From: Comamonas sp.
GTDB lineage: Bacteria > Pseudomonadota > Gammaproteobacteria > Burkholderiales > Burkholderiaceae_C
Direction of reading: 5' to 3'
Assembly (NCBI GenBank): GCA_019912745.1
Contig: JAIOIA010000159.1
Coordinates: 1-53,912, forward strand
Length of the DNA stretch: 53,912 nucleotides
Both the position numbers and the translations under genes were made by a program. How positions within the stretch are numbered: position 1 is the stretch's first letter; every line of letters starts with the position of its first letter. The notes under the pieces were generated by a model. The model did no database searches, was not told the origin of the DNA, and worked only from the letters and a program-made list of their open reading frames with translations. Below, piece by piece: positions 1 through 12,205 of the stretch.

Positions 1-554
1 CGCCGCTGGCGCTGCAGATCGGCGCTGCGCTGCTCGGCGTCGACGGCGACCAGGCGCGCGAGCTTGAGTTCGGCGTCCAGCGCGGCGCGCTGCTTGTCCA
101 GCGCCTTGCGCTGGCGGATCACGTCGGGCGCGTCGGCCGGCGAGCCTTTCTCGGGCGCCGGGCCCAGGCCTTCGAGCCGCCGGTCCAGCTCGGCCAGTTC
201 CGTGGTGCGGCGCGTGATCACGCGCTCGGCCGCCTTGCCGATGGTGCTGACGTCGGTCAGCAGCTTGCGGCCGTCGTCCTCCTCGCCCAGCTTCTGCGGA
301 ATCGCGCTCAGCTGCTTGCGCAACTCGTCCACCGGAATCAGGGGTGTGTCATCCGTATCGGCCTGGGGCGCGGCCGGCGCGGTGAGCGCTGGCAGCGCAG
401 CGGGCACGGAAGCGGCGGGCAGCAATGCGCCGGCCCGGCCCTGGGCACGCGCTGACGTGGTGCCCATGCAGGCCAGCCAGATCGCGAAGAAGAGGGTGGG
501 CAAGAGGCGTGCCGCCGCGGGTGCGGGCGGGCGGATGCGGGTCGGGCGGTGCAT
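1..554 (-). CDS. DUF3772-domain / MscS-family mechanosensitive channel, N-terminal part (runs off the window)
   Basis: Not in the ORF track. Manual translation from ATG 554 gives a signal-like hydrophobic segment (LLPTLFFAIWLACMG), then a coiled coil with ELDRRLEGLGPAPEKGSPADAPDVIRQRKAL, typical of DUF3772. The frame is open to the window edge. Confidence 0.7.
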   Translation of the reverse strand, partial: MHRPTRIRPPAPAAARLLPTLFFAIWLACMGTTSARAQGRAGALLPAASVPAALPALTAPAAPQADTDDTPLIPVDELRKQLSAIPQKLGEEDDGRKLLTDVSTIGKAAERVITRRTTELAELDRRLEGLGPAPEKGSPADAPDVIRQRKALDKQRAALDAELKLARLVAVDAEQRSADLQRQR

Positions 555-602
555 GCGCGGATTGTCCGCCGCGGCCGCGGTGGGCTGTAACAGATGACGC
601 GG

Positions 603-1352
603 CTATGCCGCCGGGCTGAACAGGTCCACGCGGTCGGTGATGATGCCGTCGGTGCCGAGGCCCCACAGGCGCTCGGCCGCCCATTCGTCGTTGACGGTGT
701 AGCTGAGCGCGCGCAGGCCGGCGGCGTGTGCCGCCGGCACCGTGGCGGCGTCCCAGAGCGCGTGGTTGCAGACCATGGCGATGCAGCTCAGGCGAGTGGC
801 GGTGTCCAGCCAGTCCGGGTGGAGTCGATCGAGCAGCAGGCCTCGGGGCAGCGTGGGAGCGCCCTCGCGCGCGCCTTGGAGCGCCAGGGGCTGAAACGAT
901 GTGAGCAGCGGCGGCGTGTGGCCTTGCCACAGGCGCGCGGCAAGCAGGGCGACGGCGTGGCCGGTGTCGCGCTCGGCGCCTGGCGTGGGCTTGATCTCGA
1001 TGTTCAGATGCAGGCTGTTGGCGATGCACCAGCGGGCAATGCGCTCCAGCGTGGGCAGGGGCTCGCCCGCGAAACGGCGCGAATGCCAGCTGCCGGCATC
1101 GAGCTGGGCGAGCAAGCCCCAGAGCTGGTCACCGCCCGTGCCGTGGCCGTTGGTGGTGCGCTCCAGGCTGGTGTCGTGCATGAGAAAGAGCACGCCGTCG
1201 CGGCTGAGCTTGGCGTCGCATTCGAACATCCGATAGCCGTGCGCCGCACCCAGGCGGAACGCCGCGAGCGTGTTTTCGGGCGCCAGCGTGCCCGCGCCGC
1301 GGTGCGCGATCCAGCGTGGATAAGGCCAGTAGGGCAGGGAGGTGTTTGACAT
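603..1352 (-). CDS. ugpQ: glycerophosphodiester phosphodiesterase
   Basis: AHRGAGTLAPENTLAAF and FECDAKLS motifs; last gene of the ugp operon. Confidence 0.95.
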   Translation of the reverse strand: MSNTSLPYWPYPRWIAHRGAGTLAPENTLAAFRLGAAHGYRMFECDAKLSRDGVLFLMHDTSLERTTNGHGTGGDQLWGLLAQLDAGSWHSRRFAGEPLPTLERIARWCIANSLHLNIEIKPTPGAERDTGHAVALLAARLWQGHTPPLLTSFQPLALQGAREGAPTLPRGLLLDRLHPDWLDTATRLSCIAMVCNHALWDAATVPAAHAAGLRALSYTVNDEWAAERLWGLGTDGIITDRVDLFSPAA

Positions 1353-1399
1353 GAAATAAGCCTAAAACCCTTGTGAAACAAGCGCGGGCAGCTATCAAA
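1351..1399 (+). repeat. dispersed ~50-bp REP-like repeat, copy 1
   Basis: Core CAAGCGCGGGCAGCTATCAAA shared with copies at ~4233, ~7614, ~17569 and ~44296; boundaries approximate. Confidence 0.65.
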
Positions 1400-1411
1400 C
1401 CGGAGTACGCG

Positions 1412-2436
<1,025 letters not shown>

Positions 2437-2437
<1 letters not shown>

Positions 2438-3291
2438 TATTTTTCAGTATCGACGAGGCCCTTGACGAACCACTTCTGCATCAGGATGACGACGATGGCC
2501 GGCGGGATCATGGCCAGGATGGCGGTGGCCATGACCACGTTCCATTCGACGTAGATCTCGCCGAAGATGGCGCGCTTGATGCCAAGCACGATGGGGTACA
2601 TGTCCTCGCTCGTGGTGGCGATCAAGGGCCAGAGGTACTGGTTCCAGCCGTAGATGAACTGGATCACGAAGAGCGCCGCCATGGTGGTCTTGGACAGCGG
2701 CAGCAGGATGTCGATGAAGAAGCGCATCGGCCCGGCGCCGTCGATGCGCGCGGCCTCGGCCAGTTCGTCGGGCACGGTGAGGAAGAATTGGCGAAACAGA
2801 AAGGTGGCCGTGGCCGAGGCGATGAGCGGCACCGTCAGGCCCGCGTAGGTGTTGATCAGACCCAGGTCGGCGACCACCTGATAGGTCGGGCCGATGCGCA
2901 CCTCCACGGGCAGCATCAGCGTGATGAAGATCATCCAGAACACCAGGCCACGAAACGGAAAGCGGAAGTAGACGATGGCAAATGCCGAGATGATGGAGAT
3001 GGCGATCTTGCCCAGCGCGATCGTCATGGCCACGACGAAGCTGATCCACAGCATCGGCCAGCCCGGCGGGATGGTGCCGCCCGCCGCCACCTTGCCGCCC
3101 ATCAGCGCCAGGGTGTAGCTGCTGACGATGTTGCCCCCGGGCACGAGCGAGAGCGGGTTGCTGCCGGTGATCTGCGCCGCGGTCTGCGTGCTTGCGACGA
3201 AGGCGACGTAGACCGGGAAGGCGATGATCGCCACGCCGATGATGAGCACGGCGTGCGAGACGAAATCCAGGACGGGCCGGCGTTCGATCAT
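2437..3291 (-). CDS. ugpE: sn-glycerol-3-phosphate ABC transporter permease
   Basis: True start MIERRP at 3291 overlaps the ugpA stop; EAA loop EAARIDGAG; C-terminus [10 protein letters not shown]. Confidence 0.93.
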
Positions 3292-4172
3292 CAGTACTGC
3301 ACCTTCTTCTCGACGAAGCGGAACTGGAACACCGTGAGCAGGATGACAATGGCCATGAGCACCGCGGACTGCGCGGCCGAGCCGCCCATGTCCAGCGCCT
3401 TGAAGCCGTCGTAATAGACCTTGTAGACGAGGATGGAGGTGTCCTTGCCGGGGCCGCCCTGCGTGGCGGCGTCGACAATGGCGAAGGTGTCGAAGAAGGC
3501 GTAGATCACGTTCATCACCAGCAGGAAGAAGGTGATAGGCGAGAGCAACGGAAAGACGATGCTCCAGAAGCGCCGCCAGGGTGAGGCGCCGTCGATCGTG
3601 GCCGCTTCGATCACCGAAGAGGGTACCGACTGCAGTCCCGCGAGGAAGAACAGGAAGTTGTAGGAAATCTGCTTCCAGACCGAGGCCATCACGATCAGCG
3701 CCATGGCGTCGGTGCCGCTCAGCAGGTGGTTCCAGTCGTAGCCCATGGCCTGCAGCGTGTAGGACACCACGCCCCAGGGCGAGGCGAACATCATCAGCCA
3801 GAGGACGCCCGCGACGACCGGGGCGACGGCGTAGGGCCAGATCAACAGCGTCTTGTAGAGGGCGGCGCCGCGCACCACGCGGTTGGCCATCACCGCCAGC
3901 AGCAGCGCGATGCAGATGCCCAGCACCGCCACCAGCAGCGAAAAAATGGCGGTGGTGTAGAACGAGCCGAGGTAGCTCGGGTCTTCCCACAGCCGCTCGA
4001 AGTTCTGCCAGCCGACGAACTGGCGACTCATGCCGAAGGCGTCTTCCTGCAGCACGCTCTGGTACAGCGTCTGGCCCGCGGGCCAGAAAAAGAACACCAG
4101 CACGATGGCCATCTGCGGCGCCACCAGCAGCCAGGGCAGCCAGGCTGATTTGAAACGAACGCGTTTTTCCAT
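3291..4172 (-). CDS. ugpA: sn-glycerol-3-phosphate ABC transporter permease
   Basis: MEKRVRF start, [26 protein letters not shown], ends VEKKVQY. Confidence 0.95.
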   Translation of the reverse strand: MEKRVRFKSAWLPWLLVAPQMAIVLVFFFWPAGQTLYQSVLQEDAFGMSRQFVGWQNFERLWEDPSYLGSFYTTAIFSLLVAVLGICIALLLAVMANRVVRGAALYKTLLIWPYAVAPVVAGVLWLMMFASPWGVVSYTLQAMGYDWNHLLSGTDAMALIVMASVWKQISYNFLFFLAGLQSVPSSVIEAATIDGASPWRRFWSIVFPLLSPITFFLLVMNVIYAFFDTFAIVDAATQGGPGKDTSILVYKVYYDGFKALDMGGSAAQSAVLMAIVILLTVFQFRFVEKKVQY

Positions 4173-4232
4173 GGCAGTGGGCGAATGCGTGAACGGTGTG
4201 CGGCCACGGATTTGGGCCGATCAACTCTTAAA

Positions 4233-4286
4233 GTAGGAGCGCGTAGCGCTTGCCCTGTATGGGCTTTCGCTGGATTTGACTTTAAT
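4233..4286 (-). repeat. dispersed REP-like repeat, copy 2 (degenerate)
   Basis: Reverse strand reads TCAAATCCAGCGAAAGCCCATACAGGGCAAGCGCTACGCGCTCCT, same layout as the other copies. Confidence 0.5.
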
Positions 4287-4315
4287 CTGGCGGCCAGCCC
4301 TGTGGCGGGTGGCGT

Positions 4316-5632
4316 TCAGCCCCCGTTGGCCTTCTGAAAGCGCACCAGCTGTTCGTTACCGCGCTTGACCGCGGTGTCCAGCGCTTCCTTGGCGCTCTTC
4401 TTGCCGGACCAGATGTTCTCGGTTTCCTCGTCGATGATGGTGCGGATCTGCACGAAGTTGCCGATGCGGATGCCGCGCGACTTGTCGGTGGTCTTGCGGA
4501 TCATCTGCTGCACCGCCACGTCGGCGCCGGGGTTCTTGGCGTAGAAGCCGGATTTTTCGGTCAGCTCATACGCGGCCTTGGTCACCGGCAGGTAGCCCGT
4601 GCGCTGGTGGCTGGCGGCCGCCACGTCGGGCTTGGCCAGGAAGCTCAGGAACTCGCCCACGCCCTTGTAGGTCACGTTCTTCTTGCCGGACATCACCCAC
4701 AGGCTGGCGCCGCCGATCACGGAGTTCTGCGGCGCGCCGGGCACGTCGGGGTAGTAGGGCAGGGTGCTCACGCCGAAGTCGAACTTGGCGTTGCGCTTGA
4801 GGTTGCCCAGCAACCCGGCCGAGGCCGTGGCCATGGCGCATTCACCCGAGACGATGGTGGCGTCGGCCGCGTTGTTGCGGCCCTTGTAGACGAACAGGCC
4901 CTGCTTGGACATGTTGGCCAGGTTCTCGAAGTGGCGCACGTGCAGCGGGCTGTTGAAGACCAGGCGCGTGCCCAGGCCGCCGAAGCCGTTGTTCAGCGAC
5001 GAGAACAGCACGTTGTGCCAGGCGGAGAAGTTCTCCAGCTGGGTCCAGCTGATCCAGCTCGTGGTGAACGGGCATTTCTGGCCCGCCGCCTTGAGCTTGC
5101 CCGCGGCCAGCACCACCTCGGGCCAGGTTTTTGGTGGCTTGTCGGGGTCCATCCCCGCGGACTTGAACGCGTCCTTGTTGTAATAGAAGACCGCCGTCGA
5201 GCTGTTGAACGGCATGCTCAGCATCTGGCCGTTGGGCGCGGTGTAGTAACCGGCCACGGCGGGCACGTAGGCGTTGGGGTCGAAGTTGACGCCAGCCATC
5301 TTCATGACCTCGGCCACGGGCTTGATCGCGCCCTTGCTGGCCATCATCGTGGCCGTGCCCACTTCGAACACCTGCAGGATGTCGGGCGCGTTGCCGGCGC
5401 GAAAGGCCGCGATCGCCGCCGTCATGGATTCGTCATAGCTGCCCTTGAACGTCGGGACCACCTTGTAGTCCTTCTGGCTCGCGTTGAACTGGTTGGCCAG
5501 GTCCGTGACCCACTCGCCCAGTGCGCCACCCATGGAATGCCACCACTGGATTTCGGTCTGGGCGTGCGCGGGCACGGCCATCGCCACCGACAGCATCGTG
5601 GCGCCGACCAGCGCCAGGGGTTTGAATCGCAT
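4316..5632 (-). CDS. ugpB: sn-glycerol-3-phosphate ABC transporter substrate-binding protein
   Basis: Signal peptide ending AHA; EIQWWHSM and LQVFEVGTATMM motifs; ATG 5632 preceded by AAGGAG. Confidence 0.95.
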   Translation of the reverse strand: MRFKPLALVGATMLSVAMAVPAHAQTEIQWWHSMGGALGEWVTDLANQFNASQKDYKVVPTFKGSYDESMTAAIAAFRAGNAPDILQVFEVGTATMMASKGAIKPVAEVMKMAGVNFDPNAYVPAVAGYYTAPNGQMLSMPFNSSTAVFYYNKDAFKSAGMDPDKPPKTWPEVVLAAGKLKAAGQKCPFTTSWISWTQLENFSAWHNVLFSSLNNGFGGLGTRLVFNSPLHVRHFENLANMSKQGLFVYKGRNNAADATIVSGECAMATASAGLLGNLKRNAKFDFGVSTLPYYPDVPGAPQNSVIGGASLWVMSGKKNVTYKGVGEFLSFLAKPDVAAASHQRTGYLPVTKAAYELTEKSGFYAKNPGADVAVQQMIRKTTDKSRGIRIGNFVQIRTIIDEETENIWSGKKSAKEALDTAVKRGNEQLVRFQKANGG

Positions 5633-5928
5633 GAATACTCCTTGTGGATCAGATAAGTGCGGCATGGGCATTGCGCCGAGCGCCGCTCTCATGGGGCCGA
5701 GCGCGTGTTTTCGCACAGCACCATGCAACGTGCAACCGGGTTTACCCGCCGCAAATTGTGTCAGAGATATATGACGTTTCAACCGTGTTCACCCGCGGTG
5801 AATGAGGCGATCGGCGCGGTGTCTGGCAAGGGCTGCGTGAAGCCTTCATTGGTGCGGTGCACAATCGCGACTTTGCAAGCCGTTTTTCAATGCCTGCCCG
5901 CAGGCGCCATAACTATCGGAAGTGCATC

Positions 5929-7158
5929 ATGCCCAAGACGTCCCTGGACAAAAGCAAAATCAAGTTCCTGCTGCTCGAAGGCATCCACCAGTGCGCGGTG
6001 GATGCCCTGCATGCGGCCGACTACACCAACGTGGAGTTGCTGCCGCGTGCGCTGGAAGGGCAGGAGCTGCTCGACAAGATCGCGGACGTGCATTTCGTCG
6101 GCGTGCGCTCGCGCACCCAGCTCACCGCCGAGGTGCTGGCGCACGCGCACAAGCTGGTGGCCATCGGGTGCTTTTGCATCGGCACCAACCAGGTGGATCT
6201 GAACACCGCGCGTGAAAAGGGCATCGCGGTCTTCAACGCACCGTACTCCAACACCCGCTCGGTGGCCGAGCTGGTGCTGGCCGAGGCCATCCTGCTGCTG
6301 CGCGGCATCCCGGCGCGCAACGCGGCGGCGCACCGTGGCGGCTGGCTCAAGAGCGCCGAGAACTCGCACGAGGCGCGTGGCAAGACGCTGGGCATCGTCG
6401 GCTACGGCGCGATCGGTTCGCAGTTGTCGGTGCTGGCCGAGAGCCTGGGCATGCACGTGATCTTTCACGACGTCATCGCCAAGCTGCCGCTGGGCAACGC
6501 GCACCAGGTCGAATCGCTCAAGGCGCTGCTGGCGCAAAGCGACATCGTGAGCCTGCACGTACCGCAACTACCTTCCACCCAATGGATGATCGGCGAGGCC
6601 GAGATCGCCGCGATGAAGCCGAACAGCATCCTGATCAACGCCTCGCGCGGCACCGTGGTGCGCATCGAGCCGCTGGCCGAGGCGATCAAGGAAAAGCGCC
6701 TTGTGGGCGCGGCGGTGGACGTGTTTCCGGCCGAGCCCAAGAGCACCAAGGACGAATTCGTCTCGCCGCTGCGCGGGCTGGACAACGTCATCCTCACGCC
6801 GCACATCGGCGGCTCCACGCTGGAGGCGCAGGCCAATATCGGCGTGGAGGTGGCGGCCAAGCTCATTACCTACAGCGACACCGGCGCCAGCACCTCATCG
6901 GTCAATCTGCCCGAGGTTGCGCTGCCCGCGCACCCGGGCAAGCACCGCGTGCTGCACATCCACCGCAACATTCCCGGCGTGATGTCCGAGATCAACCGCA
7001 TCTTGTCGGACGGCGAGGTGAACATCTCCGCGCAGTTCCTGCAGACGCGCGACAACGTCGGCTACGTCGTCGTCGACCTGGATGCGCGCTCGTCCGACAT
7101 GGCGCTGGAAAAGCTCGCCAAGGTGCCCGGAACGATCCGCACGCGCGTGCTGTTCTGA
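5929..7158 (+). CDS. serA: D-3-phosphoglycerate dehydrogenase
   Basis: KIKFLLLEGIH, GCFCIGTNQV, GIVGYGAIG, TPHIGGST, C-terminal ACT domain. Confidence 0.96.
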   Translation: MPKTSLDKSKIKFLLLEGIHQCAVDALHAADYTNVELLPRALEGQELLDKIADVHFVGVRSRTQLTAEVLAHAHKLVAIGCFCIGTNQVDLNTAREKGIAVFNAPYSNTRSVAELVLAEAILLLRGIPARNAAAHRGGWLKSAENSHEARGKTLGIVGYGAIGSQLSVLAESLGMHVIFHDVIAKLPLGNAHQVESLKALLAQSDIVSLHVPQLPSTQWMIGEAEIAAMKPNSILINASRGTVVRIEPLAEAIKEKRLVGAAVDVFPAEPKSTKDEFVSPLRGLDNVILTPHIGGSTLEAQANIGVEVAAKLITYSDTGASTSSVNLPEVALPAHPGKHRVLHIHRNIPGVMSEINRILSDGEVNISAQFLQTRDNVGYVVVDLDARSSDMALEKLAKVPGTIRTRVLF

Positions 7159-7174
7159 AGTGGAAGGCAGGGTG

Positions 7175-7618
7175 GTGCCCGAGTGCCCGCTGTGCCTTGC
7201 CGACGGCGGGCGGCTCGTTTGGCGCGGCGCCCGCCTGCGCGTGATCCATGCCGACGAGCCGGGCTTTGCGGCGTTCTACCGCGTGATCTGGAACGCGCAT
7301 GTGCCGGAATTCTCCGATCTCCCGCCCCGTGAGCGCGAACACTGCATGCAGGCCGTGGTGCTGGTGGAGCAGGTTCTGCGCGAGCAGCTTGCGCCCGCCA
7401 AGATCAATCTGGCCGAGCTGGGCAACAAGGTGGCGCACCTGCATTGGCATGTGATCGCCCGCTTCGACTGGGACAGCCATTTCCCGGATGCCGTCTGGGG
7501 CGCCGCGCTGCGCGCGCAAGACACTGACCGCGTTGCGGCCATGGCAGCGCGCCAGCCCATGGTGCATGATGCGCTGCGTTCGCGCCTCGATGCTTGGGCG
7601 CAAAAGCAACTTGTTTGA
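7175..7618 (+). CDS. HIT family protein
   Basis: CPLC at the N-terminus and histidine triad LGNKVAHLHWHV; GTG start at 7172 or 7175. Confidence 0.88.
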   Translation: MPECPLCLADGGRLVWRGARLRVIHADEPGFAAFYRVIWNAHVPEFSDLPPREREHCMQAVVLVEQVLREQLAPAKINLAELGNKVAHLHWHVIARFDWDSHFPDAVWGAALRAQDTDRVAAMAARQPMVHDALRSRLDAWAQKQLV

Positions 7619-7663
7619 TAGCTGCAAGCGCTTGCTGTACAAGGCTTTGTGGCGTATTTGACC
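7614..7663 (-). repeat. dispersed REP-like repeat, copy 3
   Basis: Plus strand TTTGATAGCTGCAAGCGCTTG...ATTTGACC; contains the HIT gene stop codon. Confidence 0.7.
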
Positions 7664-7684
7664 TTGATAACGCTAGACAAGACC

Positions 7685-8104
7685 ATGGCAGACCAGACCA
7701 CCGGCACCCCCATGCCCACGTCCATCACCGTTCACCAGGCTTCCCGCATTCTCGAAATTTTGTTTTCCAGCGGCGAGCATTTCAGGATTCCGCTCGAATT
7801 GATGCGCGTGTATTCACCGTCGGCGGAGGTCACGGGCCACGGGCCGGGCCAGGAAGTGCTGCAGACGGGCAAGCGCGAAGTGACCGTGAACGACATCGAA
7901 CCCATGGGCAACTACGCCATCCGCCCCATCTTTTCCGACGGGCACGACAGCGGCCTGTTCACCTGGAGCTACCTTTACAAGCTCGGGCGGGAGCAGGATG
8001 CGCTCTGGGCCACCTACCTGCAGCGCCTCGAAGAGGCTGGCGCCAACCGCGACACGCCCATGATCCGCAGGGGCGCCACGGTGTCGAAAAAGAAAGAGCA
8101 TTGA
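7685..8104 (+). CDS. DUF971 / gamma-butyrobetaine hydroxylase-like N-terminal domain protein
   Basis: [36 protein letters not shown]. Confidence 0.9.
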   Translation: MADQTTGTPMPTSITVHQASRILEILFSSGEHFRIPLELMRVYSPSAEVTGHGPGQEVLQTGKREVTVNDIEPMGNYAIRPIFSDGHDSGLFTWSYLYKLGREQDALWATYLQRLEEAGANRDTPMIRRGATVSKKKEH

Positions 8105-8201
8105 TGGCGGCGGGCGTCGATTCAACGAAATAGCGACACATGACCGGGGGATACCCCGGGGTGTCACTGCATTTGTCGCATCCCTCGCCTACGATGGCGG
8201 C

Positions 8202-8933
8202 ATGGGAACGACACATTTCGGGTTTCAGGCGGTGGACGAGCGTGACAAGGCACGGCGCGTGCGCGGTGTCTTCGATTCGGTCGCGCCGCGCTATGACCTG
8301 ATGAACGACCTGATGTCCGGCGGCCTGCACCGCCTGTGGAAGGCGGCCACCGTGATCGCCGCCCACGTGCGCGAAGGCGATCGGGTGCTCGATATCGCCG
8401 GCGGCACGGGCGATCTGGCGCTGGCGTTCGCGAAGCAGGTGGGCGCAAGCGGCGAGGTCGTGCACACCGACATCAACGAAGCCATGCTGCGCACCGGGCG
8501 CGATCGGCTCATCGACCGGGGCTTCGTGTTGCCCACCGTGGTCTGCGATGCCGAGCAGTTGCCGTTTGCGGATGGCTACTTCGACCTGGTGAGCGTCGCC
8601 TTCGGCCTGCGCAACATGACGCACAAGGAGCGGGCGATCGCCGAAATGGCCCGCGTGCTCAAGGACGGGGGCCGTCTGCTGGTGCTGGAATTTTCCAGGG
8701 TGGCCGCGCCTTTGAGAAAAATCTACGACGTGTATTCCTTTCAGGTGCTGCCGCGTTTAGGCAAGTGGGTGGCTGGTGATGCCGAGAGCTACCGCTATCT
8801 CGCCGAATCGATACGCATGCATCCCGGGCAGGAGGAACTTAAAGCCCTGATGCAACACCATGGATTCGGGCATGTCGATTTTCACAACATGACCGGCGGC
8901 GTGGTGGCGCTGCATGTGGGCGTGAAGTGCTGA
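8202..8933 (+). CDS. ubiE: ubiquinone/menaquinone biosynthesis C-methyltransferase
   Basis: [25 protein letters not shown] motif [17 protein letters not shown]. Confidence 0.97.
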   Translation: MGTTHFGFQAVDERDKARRVRGVFDSVAPRYDLMNDLMSGGLHRLWKAATVIAAHVREGDRVLDIAGGTGDLALAFAKQVGASGEVVHTDINEAMLRTGRDRLIDRGFVLPTVVCDAEQLPFADGYFDLVSVAFGLRNMTHKERAIAEMARVLKDGGRLLVLEFSRVAAPLRKIYDVYSFQVLPRLGKWVAGDAESYRYLAESIRMHPGQEELKALMQHHGFGHVDFHNMTGGVVALHVGVKC

Positions 8934-8967
8934 TGTCTTTTTTGAAACCTGGGTGGATGAGGAAACT

Positions 8968-9963
8968 ATGAAACAACTGTGGTCTGTGGTTCTGGTGACG
9001 CTGCTCACGCTGGTGTACGCAGACGCAGAGGCAGCACGATTGGGTGGCGGGCGCTCGGCCGGCCGCCAATCGGCCAATGTGACGCAACGCGAAGCGGTAC
9101 GCGCGCCGGCTCAGGCGACCAATGGGGCGCAGGACGCCGCCAGCAGCACCAGCGCGGCCAAGTCGGCCAGTGCGGCCAATACCGCGACGCGCAAGCCGTG
9201 GGCGGGGATGCTCGGTGGCTTGGCTGCGGGCCTCGGGCTGGCATGGCTGGCGAGCTCGCTGGGTCTGGGGGCGGAGTTCGGGCAGTTCCTGTTGATTGCG
9301 CTGCTGGTGCTGGTGGCGCTGGCGGTCGTGCGCATGCTCATGCGTCCGCGTCAGGCGGCCTCGGGCGCACCGTCACTGTTCGCCTTCCAAGGGGCGGGCG
9401 GTGCCACGCCCGCGCCGCCCGAGCGCGTGCCCGGACAGTACAACCCAGCCAAGGTTGGCAACGATGCCTCGGCGCGCCCGTGGGAAGATCCACGCATGGC
9501 TTTTGATGCGGCGCCCGCGGCGGGGGCGGTCAACATCGGCTCGGCCTTGGCCGGCGCGCAGAACTGGGGCGTTCCGGCGGGTTTTGACGTGCATGGCTTC
9601 CTGGAAGCGGCCAAGCGCAACTTCACCACGCTGCAATCGGCCTGGGACCGCAGCGACTTCACCATGCTGCGTTCCATGATGACCGATGGCATGCTGGGCG
9701 AGGTGCGTGCCCAGCTCAAGGAGCGCGAGCAGCAACGCGACGGTGCGCAGGAGCCGAACCATACCGAGGTGCTGATGCTCGAAGCCAAGCTGCTCGGCAT
9801 CGAAGAGATGGATGGCGAGTACATGGCCAGCGTCGAATTCTCCGGCGTGATCCGTGAGGAAATCTCGAGCGGCCCCAACCCCTTCCGCGAGGTCTGGAAC
9901 ATGACCAAGCCCAAGGACGGCAAGAGCGGCTGGCTGGTGACGGGGCTGCAGGCATTGCAGTAG
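8968..9963 (+). CDS. Tim44-domain membrane protein
   Basis: AEAARLGGGRSAGRQS N-terminus; C-terminal LQSAWD...ASVEFSG...EVWN...WLVTGLQ; usual position between ubiE and ubiJ. Confidence 0.88.
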   Translation: MKQLWSVVLVTLLTLVYADAEAARLGGGRSAGRQSANVTQREAVRAPAQATNGAQDAASSTSAAKSASAANTATRKPWAGMLGGLAAGLGLAWLASSLGLGAEFGQFLLIALLVLVALAVVRMLMRPRQAASGAPSLFAFQGAGGATPAPPERVPGQYNPAKVGNDASARPWEDPRMAFDAAPAAGAVNIGSALAGAQNWGVPAGFDVHGFLEAAKRNFTTLQSAWDRSDFTMLRSMMTDGMLGEVRAQLKEREQQRDGAQEPNHTEVLMLEAKLLGIEEMDGEYMASVEFSGVIREEISSGPNPFREVWNMTKPKDGKSGWLVTGLQALQ

Positions 9964-9994
9964 CCCGCGCCCAAACGGGGAATAATCGGGGACC

Positions 9995-10552
9995 ATGAAA
10001 CCACGGTCCCCTTTTTCTTGGCTGCACGAATTGACGCAACGCCTGCCCAGGCCCCCCGCGGCGCCCGATTGGCTGGTGCAGGGCGTGCAGCATCGCCTCG
10101 TGCTGTGGCTCAACCACGTATTGATGCAGGAGCCGCAGGCCATGCAGCGGCTCGCGCGCCAGCGCGGCCGCGTGGCGCGCGTGCAGTGGCGCGGATTTTT
10201 CATGGCGCTGCAGGTCACCCCGGCGGGCCTGCTGGATCTGGCGCCGATGGGGGCGGTGGCGGATCTGCGCGTCGAGCTGACCCAGGCGTCGCCGTTCGGA
10301 CTGGCGCGTGAAGCGCTCGCCGGAGAGCGTCCCGCGATCCGCATCGAAGGGGATGTGCAGCTGGCCAGCGATATCCAGTGGCTGGCCGAAAACCTGCGCT
10401 GGGATGTCGAGGAAGACCTGGCGCGCATGGTCGGCGATGCGCCCGCGCATGCCATCGCTTCGGCGGCGCGGCGCGTGCACGCCGCGCTGCGCCGCTTTGT
10501 GGGCGGACGCGGCCGCGCGTCGGCGACCACGGCGGGGCACGGGGCTGCATGA
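9995..10552 (+). CDS. ubiJ: ubiquinone biosynthesis accessory factor (SCP2-like)
   Basis: [35 protein letters not shown]; stop overlaps the ubiB start (ATGA). Confidence 0.85.
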   Translation: MKPRSPFSWLHELTQRLPRPPAAPDWLVQGVQHRLVLWLNHVLMQEPQAMQRLARQRGRVARVQWRGFFMALQVTPAGLLDLAPMGAVADLRVELTQASPFGLAREALAGERPAIRIEGDVQLASDIQWLAENLRWDVEEDLARMVGDAPAHAIASAARRVHAALRRFVGGRGRASATTAGHGAA

Positions 10553-12117
10553 GCCGGTTTCTTCGTGGTGTGGCCATCCTCTGGGTGGCGCTGCGTCACG
10601 GGCTGGACGAGCTGGTGCTCTCGCGCTTTTCGCGCCCCTGGGTGCGGGTGCTGACGCGCTGGGTCACTGTGGGCCGGCGGCTGGACGCGCCGCGCGGTCA
10701 GCGCCTGCGCGAGGCGCTGCAGCAGCTGGGGCCGATCTTCGTGAAGTTCGGCCAGGTACTCTCCACCCGGCGCGATCTGATGCCGGCCGACATCGCCGAT
10801 GAGCTTGCGCTGCTGCAAGACCGCGTGCCGCCGTTCGACCCGGAGATCGCGGTGGCGACGATCGAGCGTTCGTTCAAGAAGCCGATCGGTGACATCTTCG
10901 TGTCGTTCGAGCGCACGCCCGTGGCCAGCGCCTCGATCGCGCAGGTGCACTTTGCCGTGCTGCGCGATCGCGACGGGCGCGAGCGTGAGGTTGCCGTCAA
11001 GGTGCTGCGCCCGGGCATGCTCGAGGCGATCGAGAAAGACCTGGCCCTGATGCGCATCGTCGCGGGCTGGGTCAGCCGCCTTTCGGCGGACGGCCGGCGC
11101 CTCAAGCCCCGCGAGGTGGTGCGCGAGTTCGACAACTACCTGCACGACGAGCTCGATCTCGTGCGCGAGGCGGCCAATGCGGCGCAGCTGCGGCGCAACA
11201 TGGCGGGGCTCGATCTGGTGTTGATCCCCGAGGTGTTCTGGGACTGGTGCCACAGCGACGTTCTGGTCATGGAGCGCATGCGGGGCGTGCCGATCAGTCA
11301 GATCGCGCAGTTGCGCGATGCGGGCGTGGACATTCCCAGGCTCGCGCGCGACGGCGTCACCATTTTCTTCACCCAGGTGTTTCGCGATGGCTTTTTCCAT
11401 GCGGACATGCATCCGGGCAACATCATGGTGAGCACCGCTGCCGAGACCTTCGGGCGCTACATCTCGCTGGATTTCGGTATCGTCGGCTCGCTCACGGCCG
11501 TTGACAAGGAATATCTCGCGCAGAATTTCACCGCGTTCTTCCGCCGCGACTACAAGCGCGTGGCCGAACTGCACATCGAAAGCGGCTGGGTGCCGCGCGA
11601 TACGCGCGCCAATGAACTCGAAGGGGCGATCCGCGCGGTCTGCGAACCCTATTTCGACCGGCCGCTCAAGGAAATCTCGCTGGGCATGGTGCTGCTGCGG
11701 CTGTTTCAGACCTCGCGACGCTTTCAGGTGGAAATCCAGCCGCAGCTCGTGCTGCTGCAAAAGACCCTGCTCAACATCGAGGGGCTGGGCCGTCAGCTCG
11801 ACCCCGAGCTTGATCTGTGGAGCACGGCCAAGCCTTTTCTCGAGCGGTGGATGCGCGAGCAACTCGGTCCCCGGCGCCTGTGGCGCGAGCTGCAGGCCGA
11901 GGCGCCGCATTACGCACAGATGCTGCCCGAGCTGCCGCGGCTGCTGCACGGCTGGCTGCGTCAGCCGCAGCAGCAGGGCGAATCGCAGGCGCTGCAGGAG
12001 CTGCTGACCGAGCAAAGGCGCACCAACCGGCTGCTGCAGCGGCTGCTCTACGCCGGGCTGGGTTTTGTGCTCGGCCTCATCGTGGTGCAGCTCATCGTCC
12101 GGGTCACGGTGTTGTAA
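10549..12117 (+). CDS. ubiB: ubiquinone biosynthesis regulatory protein kinase
   Basis: [52 protein letters not shown]. Confidence 0.96.
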   Translation: MSRFLRGVAILWVALRHGLDELVLSRFSRPWVRVLTRWVTVGRRLDAPRGQRLREALQQLGPIFVKFGQVLSTRRDLMPADIADELALLQDRVPPFDPEIAVATIERSFKKPIGDIFVSFERTPVASASIAQVHFAVLRDRDGREREVAVKVLRPGMLEAIEKDLALMRIVAGWVSRLSADGRRLKPREVVREFDNYLHDELDLVREAANAAQLRRNMAGLDLVLIPEVFWDWCHSDVLVMERMRGVPISQIAQLRDAGVDIPRLARDGVTIFFTQVFRDGFFHADMHPGNIMVSTAAETFGRYISLDFGIVGSLTAVDKEYLAQNFTAFFRRDYKRVAELHIESGWVPRDTRANELEGAIRAVCEPYFDRPLKEISLGMVLLRLFQTSRRFQVEIQPQLVLLQKTLLNIEGLGRQLDPELDLWSTAKPFLERWMREQLGPRRLWRELQAEAPHYAQMLPELPRLLHGWLRQPQQQGESQALQELLTEQRRTNRLLQRLLYAGLGFVLGLIVVQLIVRVTVL

Positions 12118-12205
12118 ATACGCGCATTGCGCCGTGGTGACGGAGGTGCGGCCACGACAGCCGGGATAATCCGCGGCGCTTTTTCCACTGCACGCGGAGC
12201 GGCCC

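Noticed and set aside
64-597. Plus-strand 177-aa ORF at the window start
   Set aside because: Ser/Ala/Arg-rich shadow of the minus-strand DUF3772/MscS gene.
5755-5780. Possible Pho box upstream of ugpB
   Set aside because: The minus-strand half-sites GTCAT and GACAC are 13 bp apart rather than the 11-bp PhoB period. Only a GTCA-N8-TGAC dyad is certain.
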